A DNA stretch of 63,625 nt, the filler included, from Polymyxa betae A26-41 (Eukaryota; Protista; Endomyxa: Phytomyxea): the NCBI GenBank assembly GCA_003693705.1. It is 6 parts of 6 records of this genome, joined end to end, with 100 filler letters (N's around TTAATTAATTAA, not from the genome) between each part and the next. Parts side by side here need not be neighbours in the genome. Positions count along the whole stretch, not along the records: positions 17,671 to 39,579 come from RBZT01000625.1; positions 39,680 to 48,980 come from RBZT01000655.1; 4 more parts are not named here. One strand, 5' to 3'. How positions within the stretch are numbered: the stretch's first letter is position 1; every line of letters starts with the position of its first letter. The translations under genes were made by a program, and so were the position numbers. Shown here in pieces: positions 37,486 to 49,080 of the stretch. The notes beneath the pieces are model-generated. The model had not been told where the DNA came from, did no database searches, and was given only the letters and a program-made list of their open reading frames with translations.

Positions 37486-38250
37486 CGGTAAACTCTTTTT
37501 TCAGTCGACGGAAACAGGCTTCAGTCGACGGAGGCGCGTCACAAAGCACTCTACAGTATTCCTTCTCTTTTCTCTTTCTCTCCTCTATGACTAGATTCTG
37601 CCTGTTAGGTTCTCTCAGATTCTGTCTGTTAGGTTTTCTTTTTCTCATCTACGAATAGATTCTGTCTGTAAGCCTCGTTCTTCATTGCCAATGTGGAATC
37701 GAATGCGGAATTGGATCAACCGGCCGCAAGGCGACTCCCAGGTTGGAGATTTCCCAGTTTTTTCCAAAGAGACCGCAGCTCTCAGCCGGGCACAATCTCC
37801 TACCCCTGTTGACCAGCATTCTCCAACGCCAGAAGACAGATTTGACAACCTTAGTGTCCCAGATCGTGAAATCATCAGCACCATTCTAATGCATGAGGAA
37901 TCACAATTCCCAGTTGATGAGGAGGAGGCCTCTATAGACAATCACAGCAGTTGCGGGAACCAAAATGTCTCTAATGTATTAACATCACAATCTGCCTTCT
38001 CTGGATCGTATTCTTCGTTTCTGGAGTTGCATGAAGCTGCCCCTCGCGTACGCAACTTCTCATATTTTTGGGTTATCTCACCGGATAATCAAACAGAGGT
38101 GTCGCAAGAAGGGTACGAAAGGAAAAGATAGATAGAGAGACCTCAGTATAGAGGAGCGAGAGGGATGAGTGCTTTGTGACAGAAAACAGGCTGCGCCTCC
38201 TTCGACTGAAGCGCAGCCTGTTTTCAGTCGACTGAAAAAAGAGTTTACCG
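37486..38250. mobile_element. Non-autonomous TIR element with 9-bp TSD (Mutator- or Merlin-like) carrying an internal ORF
   Basis: TIRs begin CGGTAAACTCTTTTTTCAGTCGAC and extend imperfectly about 70-100 bp. TTTTACGTT is duplicated at 37477-37485 and 38251-38259. Confidence 0.85.
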
Positions 38251-38869
38251 TTTTACGTTCATTAAACTCAATCAAAGGATGCTGTGAATTCGTGGCTGGC
38301 ATTTTGTCAACACAAATCCAGCACCAGCATTGATTATCAGATTCACCGCGTGATTGAACTTAAAAAAGAATGTAAAAAATTGGTCGATTTAAGGACTTCG
38401 TCTGTCCGGACACTTTAAAACAATATCGGCGGACTACGTGCGTTTTTCAGAGTCATTTTCCCTGTCTAGCTGTCTGATTTCTTGATAGGTATCGACCCTT
38501 ATGTCGTCTTAGACCTGAACGCCGTTAGGCGGTAGTGCCGCTAGTGATCGGAATCTGACCAAGGCAAGGCTTGTGCTGTGGTCGATATTTTGAATGATTT
38601 GTGCTAATCGGTCACTCAATCAGAGAAATCGCCCAAAGGACGAGGCGAATCTTCTGCATGCTGTGATGGAGACTGATTACATTGACAATCACGTTCGGGA
38701 ACTCATCGATCGAAGGCCTGTTTGACCAGCAATTCTCCCTGAACAATATAAACAGTCAAGTTTACGAATTGATTCGAAACTCTCCGATGGCAAAGATCGA
38801 TAATGTCGATCACATGGCGTTCTAGCGCTATAATCAGTCCAGCTTTATCATTATGCGGATGCTAACATA

Positions 38870-39248
38870 CCGTACTGGACATCTTAACTCTCCAATAGTC
38901 CCATACAAACACCACCTCTCTCAATTCCGCCTGGCCGACAGGCCTTTGGCAAAACAGGACTCTGTTAATCGATAGATCTCGATCTTCTGAGCAACCTGAC
39001 AGCGCCACTTTTTTAATTCGACAAATCCTGACGGGCGGATAAAGTTAATAGGGAAAGCAACTTTTTGGCAGTTGTATGGAGAGAATCGGATTTTGTGATT
39101 TTAGCACTCGCAAATAGTTTTGCGTTCAGTCACGCACTTTTAAACTTATACTTGCGCACTTTATGAAATCCAAACAAAATCGAATGTGCGTACGCACATT
39201 CTCCGGTTTCGAATTGGCAGTAGTGGAGAGTTAAGATGTCCTGTACGG
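38870..39248. mobile_element. Tc1/mariner-type MITE (379 bp)
   Basis: 25-bp TIR CCGTAC(T/A)GGACATCTTAACTCTCCA with one mismatch, TA on both flanks. Confidence 0.85.
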
Positions 39249-39679
39249 TATCAATTGAGCCGTGTATTAACCTACAGTCTGGGCCAGAAAAAACCAGCCT
39301 TTGTCTGAGAAAGCGTATTCGTTGGTTGGTTTCTTTCTAACAGCATCAATACTGTAAATGAGCATTTTTTGCTCTAAGCGATTTGTTTTTCTTTTGTATG
39401 CACATATTACCCGGTTGTTTGAATTCTATGTCTGCATCGCAAGAATCAATTTAGAAATTGATCAAGTCTGGGCTGCATCAACAAAATGCTTTATTTTAGC
39501 AGTCATTCATTGTCGATTCATGATTGCAGTATTTGTAACTATTTTGAAATAACAAGTTTTTAAGACGACGCCAAGCGAGNNNNNNNNNNNNNNNNNNNNN
39601 NNNNNNNNNNNNNNNNNNNNNNNTTAATTAATTAANNNNNNNNNNNNNNNNNNNNNNNNNNNNNNNNNNNNNNNNNNNN

Positions 39680-40245
39680 GCTGCGTGGAGTTTCGCTGCA
39701 AAGACTAGCGAACATTCGGAAGAGAGGTACAACCCTGCCAGGGAGCAGGAGCTGGATTCCAACTGAAAAGAGCCAGACGTGAGCCGCAGTTGAGAAGAAG
39801 TCGTCAAGTTCCGACTTAGAGAACACAAGAGCCGAAGGACAAGCCAAGTTTATTTCCAACATAGAGCCTAGAAGGGCCAAAGCGGCGATCGAGAAATGAC
39901 GACCGTTATAATGGCGAACAGAAGGATGACGACCATGAAAGGAACCGGCGACCACAGAGATGGCGACCGAGAAGGCTGCCCGGCTAAAACGACGCACGAA
40001 AAGATGCGCATCGGAATTGCCGAAGATGGCGATCCAGATTACAGCCCCACTTTATCAATCAAAGAAACTCTCGATGTCAACAGCGAAGGGGCGTGTTAGC
40101 AGATGAGCGCTGTTAGATCAATCTCGAGATATCGATAGCGTTGACTCACGCTAATTCAACCGGAAGCATTGCCTTCCGCTTGCATACTAAGAAATAAAAC
40201 ACTTCTTCAAACACATTCCAGTTCAAAACCCTCTCCCGTCTAACA
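39680..40245 (+). mobile_element. Probable Copia-type 3' remnant with a short LTR (40094-40245)
   Basis: Purine tract GAAGGGGCG directly before TGTTAG...AATAAA...CTAACA. Upstream AKTTHEKMRIGI resembles a Copia RNase H end. Confidence 0.5.
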
Positions 40246-40799
40246 ATATCCAATTAGACATGGACAGACAGGTTGTTAGCGCAGAACGAAAGGGTAATCT
40301 GAGCGATTTAAAAGCAAGATATCGTTTTTGGTGGAAACACGTGTAGTGAAGCGTCTAAATTGAATAACCCTAGCACTGCATTATCGCAGAAACGGTATAG
40401 AAATTTTCACAGTTGAAGTGAGGTTAAAGGTCAGACGTTGCTGAGAATCTGCAATCTGTTCGAAGACTAATCAGCTAAATGATAGCCGTCATCATAGTCT
40501 CGATACATCGAGCCCCTAGATCGAAATCATCGTATGAGCACGACGGCGTGTAATGCTGCAGCAATAAGACAATATTCGGGGCGATAGAATCAGCCGCAAT
40601 ACTGATGAACACTTAGCATTGACAAACAGAAATCAAGCATTGAACTGACCTATCGACGCCAAGAAGCAGACGAGCGACGTCCTTCAAAATGGCTTCTCGA
40701 GCCATTAACACGATTCGTGATCCGGCTGCTTGACTGTTAATCAGCCTTACGATTTTCGTCGCTTTCTATGAAACTGGGTTAGCCACCAGCGGAATATTG

Positions 40800-43700
40800 T
40801 TTACCGAAAACGTATTCAGAAATATTTCAGTGACTGAACAGAGAGATAAAAATATCCAATTACTTGGAGTGGCACGAAAATGGGAAGAAAGACAGCCTCG
40901 GATTTCTGGAAAAAAGCGGAATCAGCTTGCCATCGATGGTCATGAGGGACAGTACGACCTGGAGCAGATACGCGACAGAGAGACGGGTATCGTGGTCGGT
41001 ATCGGCAAAGAAAACTGACGATCCGGCGAACGGGCCGAGACCGATCCCCGGTTTGCTGGCGAGACCTGAGAGGCAGGTCTCGCTGATCGGCGTTAGCTGC
41101 ATCGATTCGCCGGAGTCGATCGCGCTGATTCCTGATGGAACCAACAAGATCGACAAGCTGTAAACACATTCAAATGCAACCGAAGTGGCCTTTCAAATAG
41201 AGTTTTCAAGTTGCTCTATTCGCATAGAGAAATACAATAAACCCAATCACTGGCTCCGTCGCTGTAAATGTGGAAATCAGCAAAACTAAGCTTACACTTT
41301 ATGTCGATGCCTTTTGGTGGAGGTGAACTGATGTTCAACAAAGCATCGCGTTCTGTCCTTGTTTGTATGTAAGACGCTAATCTCGAGCACGGATTCCGGT
41401 CGTAGTTCGATTTCTTGGCCGGCTTGCTCTTTGTCGCCACGATTAGGATCCAGACGACTAGAATCGGCTTTAGTTTTCTTAAGAACCTCGAGACGAAATC
41501 GCACCGCAAAGCAGCATAAAAATTTCGGAGAAATAGACGTCCAGCTACGATGCAAACCATTCTTTCAGGGTCGCAGCTTCCCACGATGCTTTGTAGCATC
41601 GTCATGGGCTCATTATCAATGATTTGAAGTCGACGGTGCAGATGACAAGGTCGTTGAAAATGATTTCGAACTTGACTGGCCACAACTTCTGCAGTTTCTC
41701 GAGAAACTGCATCCCCTCTATCATACAATCAGCTCTGAATGAGATTGATATCAAGACTAATACGAAGAGAATACGTCGAATGGGCTGAATCCTTTCGGTA
41801 AAATGTGATTCAGAAACGACAGGAGGCGATGATGTTCGACATCTCGATGTGTTCCAGCCCCGGGCGACTCGAATACGGGAAATAGCAGAAACCGGCATGA
41901 TAAACCCAGGTCAATCTTAGGCAGGACAGAAATTATGTCCATTTGCAAAGCCCTCAATCTGAATACAGTCCTTCTGTACCCTAGAATCGATCGATACATA
42001 GAAAAATGCACCCATTCAGAAAAATCTTTTCTCGATGGTGCAGCATTCAAACTTGTATCTTGAGCGTCTACATTGATCACTAAACGTAGTCATAGAAAGC
42101 GAATTTTGTCCCCAGAGCAATTCCATATCAAAAGAGCGCAGGACATAACGGGACTGCAATCATCGCTGTGAGCGGCTCGTCGAAACTTGCTATAGGGCTT
42201 GAAGAGCTTGCATGTGCGTTGCTCGAACGAGCTCTAATGGGCAATGTCAGCTTACAGCAAACGGTTGTCTTGCAAGCGCATTACAATAGCTGGAATACTG
42301 GTATTGGACCATATCGCAATCTGCCATATAACTCGATGAGGCATTGCATGATAAACCGCCCTGAGAACGAGAATCAGCGACATATGGGGTCGATTGCAAC
42401 TGCAGTCTTTACTAACTTTTCTGGAAATTGCGACCGATGATACGGTAACTTTTTCATGCTCACAAGTAGTAGCAATTCTCATTGTAAAGAGAAGCTTAGC
42501 TCCATTGTAACAGAGAAACGTATTAGATTTGTTGCGGTTTCAGCTTCAGTCAAGTCCCGATGAGTTCCTTTAGCTAAATTAGAGTGCATAGCACATCAGC
42601 GATGCGGCGCTGAAAAAAGTTGATATAAGCGATGCGGTAGACTGGAGTATCACATAATACCAGTCTCCAAATTGAGCTCCTTCCCTGAAGGCTTACCCAA
42701 TGCCGTCAAACTGAACTGCAAGATTTTGCTGATTACGCAAGAAATCATTGCTGGGAATGAGAATCGAGAAGAGACCAAAGAAGCAGCGAACCAGTCTTGC
42801 GTCGGCACGATAAACCGATGTATCAGCTGTCAGCAAGTTTTGCCTGCTGGTGGACGGAAAGGGCATCTTCCTGGGTCATTTCACGAGCAAGAGAGTTTAA
42901 AAGGATAAAGGAGAGAAAGGGGAGGCCGTTCTCTTCTGTGTCTTTCAACGACTAAAGGAGAGAAAGAGGAGGCCGTTCTCTTCTGTCTATCAATGATTCA
43001 TCTTGTGGGGTTCGGCATGCCTTCAACCTATAATCATTCACATTTTCACAAGAGATGTCGTCTGTCGTCACCATTGTTACACGTATTTTTCCCAACTGGT
43101 TCTGGTGTATTTTACAGGCAATAAACTTTTGGTACAGGATGTCTTTCGAAATGGCAAAGCGAACGTTAAAATCTGCTGTAAAGCACTTGAAAGGCATGGG
43201 CCAGCTGGGTTTCCGGCTCATTCTGGAAGGTGATGATAATGAACGAGATCGCTTGATGGCCGCCAGAATGAAAGTCTGCAAGAATTCGTCTGGAGAGCTC
43301 ACTCTTGGCGACATCAGCATCGTCTCCAAAGCACGATCTTAACAGATGTTCCTCGACCATGATGAGCAAGACAGAGATTTTAGAGGGTCGTTTTCTAATG
43401 GCGAAGATGCATTGCCTGATGAAACGCTGTAGAGAGATAGCACCACCGGCGTTCAGGATCGAAATAATTGCAGCTCTAACGCGGTGCCTTTCGGTCGCGA
43501 CGACCCAATTCATAACGCTTTGCTTTTCATCCTCTGGGCAGGTGGTGTTGATTTTCATAACCCAGACGCTGTTGAATTCAATTCTCTTAGTTAATCGTTT
43601 AACACGACGAAGCAAGGCGCATTTTCCTCTTAATTTGGCCCCTGTGCCTATTGTTCTCGGTCCGTTTGTTCGATTGACCATCGTGATTTTCAGCTTGCCT

Positions 43701-45040
43701 GGGAGATAAAGCGTATTGGACGGGTCGTGTGTGAACAGCTCGAAAATTAACAACTTCTCTTCACCCTACATGATGGATTCAGTTTGTCAGAGGTAAATCT
43801 ACGGTTCCCACAAACCGGACAGAGATGTTGCATAGATGTTCAATACACGAATGGTGTACCAGCGTTGATAAACGTGATGGACAGCACCGCCTCTTAGGAT
43901 GCTGGGCGTCAATCAGCAAACACGTTGCTAGAAATCGGCGAATGTGAGCGGGACCTGGACGATTTCTCTTCAATCGAAGCAACGCTGCCGACAGTCAAAT
44001 GACAGACAGATGGCAGTAGAAGACTGCATGTGTCAATGAAGGCGGAGAGACAAGCTGATAATGAAAGACGACTCCATGACCCGAAGTCCATAGTTACACG
44101 AATATCCAAGCTGACTTCCCTATCGCATTCCATCACGATTCTTTTCCGAAGATGGCCATGGAAGTGGCATATCTGCTCCGGTCTGGTTCGGATCATTTTA
44201 TCTTTACTTCAAGAAGAATCTGACTCAGAGTAGCGCGCTCGGATTTGCTTTGGTTTACGTCCACGAATAGGCGAAGCGATTTCAGAATGATGTCGAATGT
44301 CGCACCAATCTGTATCAATCTTTCAGCAGTATCAGATCAGTTATCAACACAACAAAAATGGTCGCAATCGAAAAGAAGCTTCAGAAAAACTTATAGATAA
44401 ACCTATCCGGGAACCAGCTAACATTGCTAAAATGTCGAATGCTGGACTAATCATCTGAAGCCGGCGCTTACCGTTGAGGCATAAGCAGCGGCAAAGCGAA
44501 ACGCGTTCACAACCCAAGCGACACTTTGGTAGCGAACGATGATTGATAGCCAACGCATCCATGTGTGGCATCAAGCATTGGACATTTTTTGATAAGAACT
44601 CAATCGCAGCATCGTATGGGTCCGCAGATGAATGCAGATTCGCAGGTCGAAAGCTGAATCGAGGTATTACTCATATATATTGACCGATCAGGTTAACTTT
44701 GTGCAACTTTTCTACTTCAATTCTGTTTTTCTGAGGCACCAACTATCGGCTAAAGATTCAAGCACGTTATCGTGCCAACTTCACATCTTGCTTTGACTTT
44801 ATAAACATGACCGATCGATCCAGACAGGAATCTTGGCCAAAGATTGGCAGCCCGATTAGAAATCGGCAGTACTTGCGGTTACTTGTCGCAAATAGATGAT
44901 GATGAGAATTTTCGGCAAACATCCTCCGGCGTTCCCAGGCACTGCTTCTAGAGCCATAAAGCGCCAAGAGTGGCGAAACAGCGGATGAGGCCAGAGCAAC
45001 CAGCTTCGACGAAGCAGTAGGGCTGAGGGCCCTACGCATC
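40800..45040 (-). pseudogene. Long decayed coding region, possibly tandem degenerate small-GTPase-like domains
   Basis: Chain of broken minus-strand ORFs. The 43166-43600 segment aligns clearly with 48531-48980. Confidence 0.4.
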
Positions 45041-45119
45041 TTACGATCGGGAATCCCTTTCAGGCTACAGAAATGGATTTGCCACAGACCTGCCGGACTT
45101 TTCGCACTGGCAGAAAGTC

Positions 45120-45210
45120 GGATTGGATTGGATTGGATTGCACTATTTGTTCGCAGCTTTCGGTGGGGTGGGCGGCACAGTTACCCTGGTGCGGGGCCTG
45201 AACATACGTC
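45120..45210 (-). mobile_element. 5'-truncated non-LTR retroelement or SINE fragment with (CAATC)n tail
   Basis: 91-bp insert with (GATTG)4 at one end, flanked by a 13-bp direct repeat CTGGCAGAAAGTC (45107-45119 and 45211-45223). Second copy at 7565. Confidence 0.8.
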
Positions 45211-45400
45211 CTGGCAGAAAGTCAGCGGGATGTTGATTTTCCCGGATTGAGCGATTTTTCTAAGAGCCTGGTTGAAGTGCGAATCGTCTACTTTTTGGTC
45301 GTCTCCTTAGAAAGAAGTAATAAAAAAAAGAGGTGCGGAAAAACTGTGACCTCTTTTTCCGTAGTCATCTCTTTTTCTTTAACGTTACTTCTCTCATTCA

Positions 45401-46623
45401 ATGACCAATGTCAATGCCCCTTCCACAATTGCAGCCCTATTTGGGGCAGTCACGGCCGCCCTGGGCGCTGTCATTGCTGTGGTAGACGATGATCTTCATA
45501 CTGATGGTCGAAGCTATCGCCGATCGCAATCGGAAAAATAAATTCTACTGGTGTTTCATTATACGCTGTTGCTAATTTAAATGCAGCTTCCGACATTGGG
45601 TGGTTCATGAAAACCCTTCGGTGCAATAAGAGCTCTTTTGAGAATATTTGCTGTTTGATTGAGGCCAGGTGGCATCTTGTTCATGACTCGATTTACCACA
45701 ATGCGTCTTTCACAATACGCGAACGTGTTGCTACAACGTTACTTTATGTTACCCATACAGGCTCTGTTTTCGATACTGCACAAGTTTTTGGAATGAGCAA
45801 GACATCTGCTCTCCGCTTTATCAAAGAAGTGACCGATATTATCGTTGATATTATCGTTGATGTCATGGCCAGTGATATCATTCGAACATCAGGTCCTGAA
45901 GATTCAGAATGGAGCGATTTGTCAAAAGGGTTCGAGCAGATATGTGGGTTTCCCAACTGCTGCCTTTCAGTTGATGGGACTTTCATTGAGATTGAGCGTC
46001 CCAGAGAGTTTTTTGGCTGTTATTGTCGAAAAGGATACCCTGCTATCAATGCCCAGCTGGTCGTCGATCACAAGGCTCGTGTCAGATCATATGATTTGAG
46101 ACCCTGATCGGGAAACGACAAATCTATTTTCAATTATTCAGGTTTAGGAGAAAAGCTACAGCGTATTCTTCCAGTGGGAATGTTTATTGTCGCCGATGCT
46201 GGCTATACCTCAAGCAAACAGGTAATCATTCCCTATCCCGAGGACGATTCCAATCCGATTCGTCAATGGTTCAATTATCTACATTGACGGACGAGAATTA
46301 CAGTGGAGCGTGCAAACGGAATGCTAAAAAACCGGTTTCGTATGTTGAAGCTTCCTTTGAACCAGAAAGAGGACTCAATTTCAGGGAAAACACAGACTAA
46401 CCAAATGGCTCGAATGATTGAGACCTGTCTAGTTCTTCACAATATCTTTATCTATTTGAATGATGATACTGATCTTTCAGATTTTGACGATGAAAACGAC
46501 CAGGCAGTGAATGACAGGGACGCTTTTGATAATTTGGCATCAAGTGGTGCCTTCTGCCTTCGTGACAATATTGCAGACTACCTTTACGATACTCAGGCAA
46601 TGATAAAGAGAATGTATATGTGA
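45401..46623 (+). pseudogene. Harbinger DDE transposase (DDE_Tnp_4)
   Basis: GFPNCCLSVDGTFIEIERP, RKGYPAINAQLVVD, GNDK, IVADAGY, RITVERANGMLKNRFRML, CLVLHN. Two in-frame TGAs and an early break. Confidence 0.92.
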
Positions 46624-47478
46624 ATGCTTTAATTCTGTTTGTCAAGCATTTTTGGAGAAGCTCAACCGTCGCAGCCGACAATTTCAGTGACTGCTCCGTC
46701 TGAGCTCGATTCTGCTGAAGCAGCTCAGTATTGAGGGTAAGCAACTGTTCAATTTTGTCGCTTGTATACACGCTGTCGTTTTTCGAGGAATTGTTGGTCA
46801 TGCTCAAGCTACGACCAAGAGAAACGAGGCCGGATTTGATGTCCTCACCCAGCGAACTAATCGCTGCCGCGCGGTCGGGCGTTGCAGTTCGACGACGAAA
46901 GTTCCGGCCAGAATCAGGTACCTCGGCTGGTCGGGCATCGTTTTCGATTCGAATGGCTGGATTTTCTGGCTTCTGCTGCTCTGGCGGCTTGGTAGTATTC
47001 AGGCAATATGGGCAGTGCCCTGACTGCCACCGAAATGACTAACCAAAACGTCCCAGCTCTGCGGTTTCGGTGGGGCCGCAACGTTACCTGTCTTTTGATC
47101 ATCATTTTGAAATTGCGGTGAAAATTTTGAAGCGCCTGGTACTTGTTTTTGATTTGAAGAACGTTTGCATCAATACTACACTTGGATTGCATATCTAAAG
47201 GAACTTTGGACCACCCAACTGAAAGTTTGGCTTTGTTCGTTAGATCCAGAAAGTAGTCATGAGCTTTGTCTCTCGAGGCCAGCAAATGCTCGATTAATGT
47301 AGGCGTCCAGCGAAGAGGAACTTCGGCTCGCTGCCGGTTTTTCCCCTTGGCTGCGGTAGTACCTTCTGCAGGTTCGGGAGCATCGGATGGCTGCTCCAGG
47401 TGGCCGGTATCCTGGGCAGTGTCTTCATTAGCTGAATCGGCAGCCCAAGCCTGAAGCAGAGCGTCGTAGTTGTCCATG
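46624..47478 (-). pseudogene. Myb/SANT-like (trihelix) DNA-binding partner of the Harbinger element
   Basis: LRWTPTLIEHLL..GWSKV..QIKNKYQAL, with a coiled C-terminus after frameshifts. Confidence 0.8.
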
Positions 47479-48212
47479 GCTGCAGGCAATGACGAATGTA
47501 GTTTCAACAGATCTAGCCAATCAGATTGCCGCAAAAAAAGAGGTCGCGCAATAGTCATTCTCATTCGACCACGCAAATTTGATGAACCTCTTTTTTATTT
47601 ACCTCTTTTTTTACTTGGACCGTTGGGTAGCCTTGACTGCGGAGCGCATTTTCCGTCTCATTATAATTTCAGGAGGTCGCCTACCTCCCTTTTCAAGAAA
47701 CGCAGCTCATTCCGGAACGCAAAAATGAGATAACCCTCTTCAAAGAAGTAGATGATAGCATCAACTGATCGGAGGACGATGCTGCCATTGTCCGGGCTGC
47801 TGTTGGCTGTCTTCAATCTACGATGACTGCCTTCCTAGCAGATGGGAGAAGATCGAAAGGGCTAAGAGCCTAAGAGTGAGCAAAACTCTGTCCCAACGAA
47901 ACTTGGGAGCGAGTTTATTCTGTAGACCGAAATGGACGGAACAATCGGATTCAGAAAACTGGAATTCAAGTTCGTCGTAATTGCTGATAATAACGTTAGA
48001 TTCGGGAAATAATGAGTTTATTTCAACCATGTCTCTGCTTATTCTCTTATGAAAAAGGAGACACGCAAAAAGTAGACGGCACGCACTTCAACCAGGCTCT
48101 AAAGGGTTACCGTAACGCAATTTTCGGCATGAGTAGGGGGTATCAAACATTTTACTTATGGTGCGCATCTCAAAAAGAGAGCATTTGCTGAGAGATTTTG
48201 ATGCCGCTTTCA

Positions 48213-48267
48213 TAGGGCTCCGATCGGGTTCGGGTACAACCCGAAACCCGACCCGATCGGAGCCCTA
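48213..48267. mobile_element. 55-bp minimal hAT-type element
   Basis: TAGGGCTCCGATCGGGT...ACCCGATCGGAGCCCTA flanked by the 8-bp TSD CGCTTTCA. Confidence 0.88.
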
Positions 48268-48530
48268 CGCTTTCAAGGCTGTGTCTATTCAGATGGCGGT
48301 CTATAGGAATTCCAATCCTGAACCAGCATTAAACCTGAGCCAATTACAACAACGTACAGTACTCCATCCATGCGTGCTCCCGATTCTACAAACATACCTG
48401 GTTTTTTGTTAACCGCCTTATTGTATGTGAGTTCATTTCATTCAGGACACAATTGCGGCTCCTGACGTAAAGTTTTGATAGGACACATGTTTATGTAATT
48501 TATCAAAGAGCAAACAAAGGAATCAAACAA

Positions 48531-48980
48531 TCACGCTGCTGGGTGGCTCTGCTGATCGCGGACAGGCACTGCTATTTTTCTATATAGGTTGTAGTACCTG
48601 TCGGAAAGCTGCTCGCCAAATGGCACACCTTCGAATGTTTCCAGCTCAAACGAATTCGGGTCTGTGATGCCGGCTTTGTTGTGAGCGATGATGCTGCCGA
48701 CAAAAGCGTTCTTGGCGCTGTCCAGATCTTGACCGCACAACCGTTTCAACAAGCGCTCCTCGACCATAATGCTGATAGGGACTCCAAAAAATTCTTTGTA
48801 GACGGCATCGAGGCATATTAGAACGAATGATTCTAAGCAAGTGAAATTTTCGGCATCCAGGACCGATATAATCACCGCCTTGACGTTGCGTTTTTCGGTC
48901 TTCGAAACCCATTTGATGGCGTTCTGCTTCTTGAAATCTGGTGACCTGCAGTTGATTCTTGTTATCCAAACCCGATTGAT
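48531..48980 (-). CDS. 3' end of a gene cut by the gap; paralog of the domain at 43166-43600
   Basis: VWITRINCRSPDFKKQNAIKWV..KAVIISVLDA..IMVEERLL..DLDSAK aligns with VWVMKINTTCPEDEKQSVMNWV..RAAIISILNA..IMVEEHLL..DADVAK. Confidence 0.6.
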   Translation of the reverse strand: MNRVWITRINCRSPDFKKQNAIKWVSKTEKRNVKAVIISVLDAENFTCLESFVLICLDAVYKEFFGVPISIMVEERLLKRLCGQDLDSAKNAFVGSIIAHNKAGITDPNSFELETFEGVPFGEQLSDRYYNLYRKIAVPVRDQQSHPAA

Positions 48981-49080
48981 NNNNNNNNNNNNNNNNNNNN
49001 NNNNNNNNNNNNNNNNNNNNNNNNTTAATTAATTAANNNNNNNNNNNNNNNNNNNNNNNNNNNNNNNNNNNNNNNNNNNN

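Larger units (their letters stand above)
45264..48099 (+). mobile_element. Full-length but inactivated PIF/Harbinger transposon (2836 bp)
   Basis: TIRs GAGCCTGGTTGAAGTGCG..CGTCTACTTTTT, TAA TSD on both sides, convergent transposase and Myb/SANT-like genes. Confidence 0.93.
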
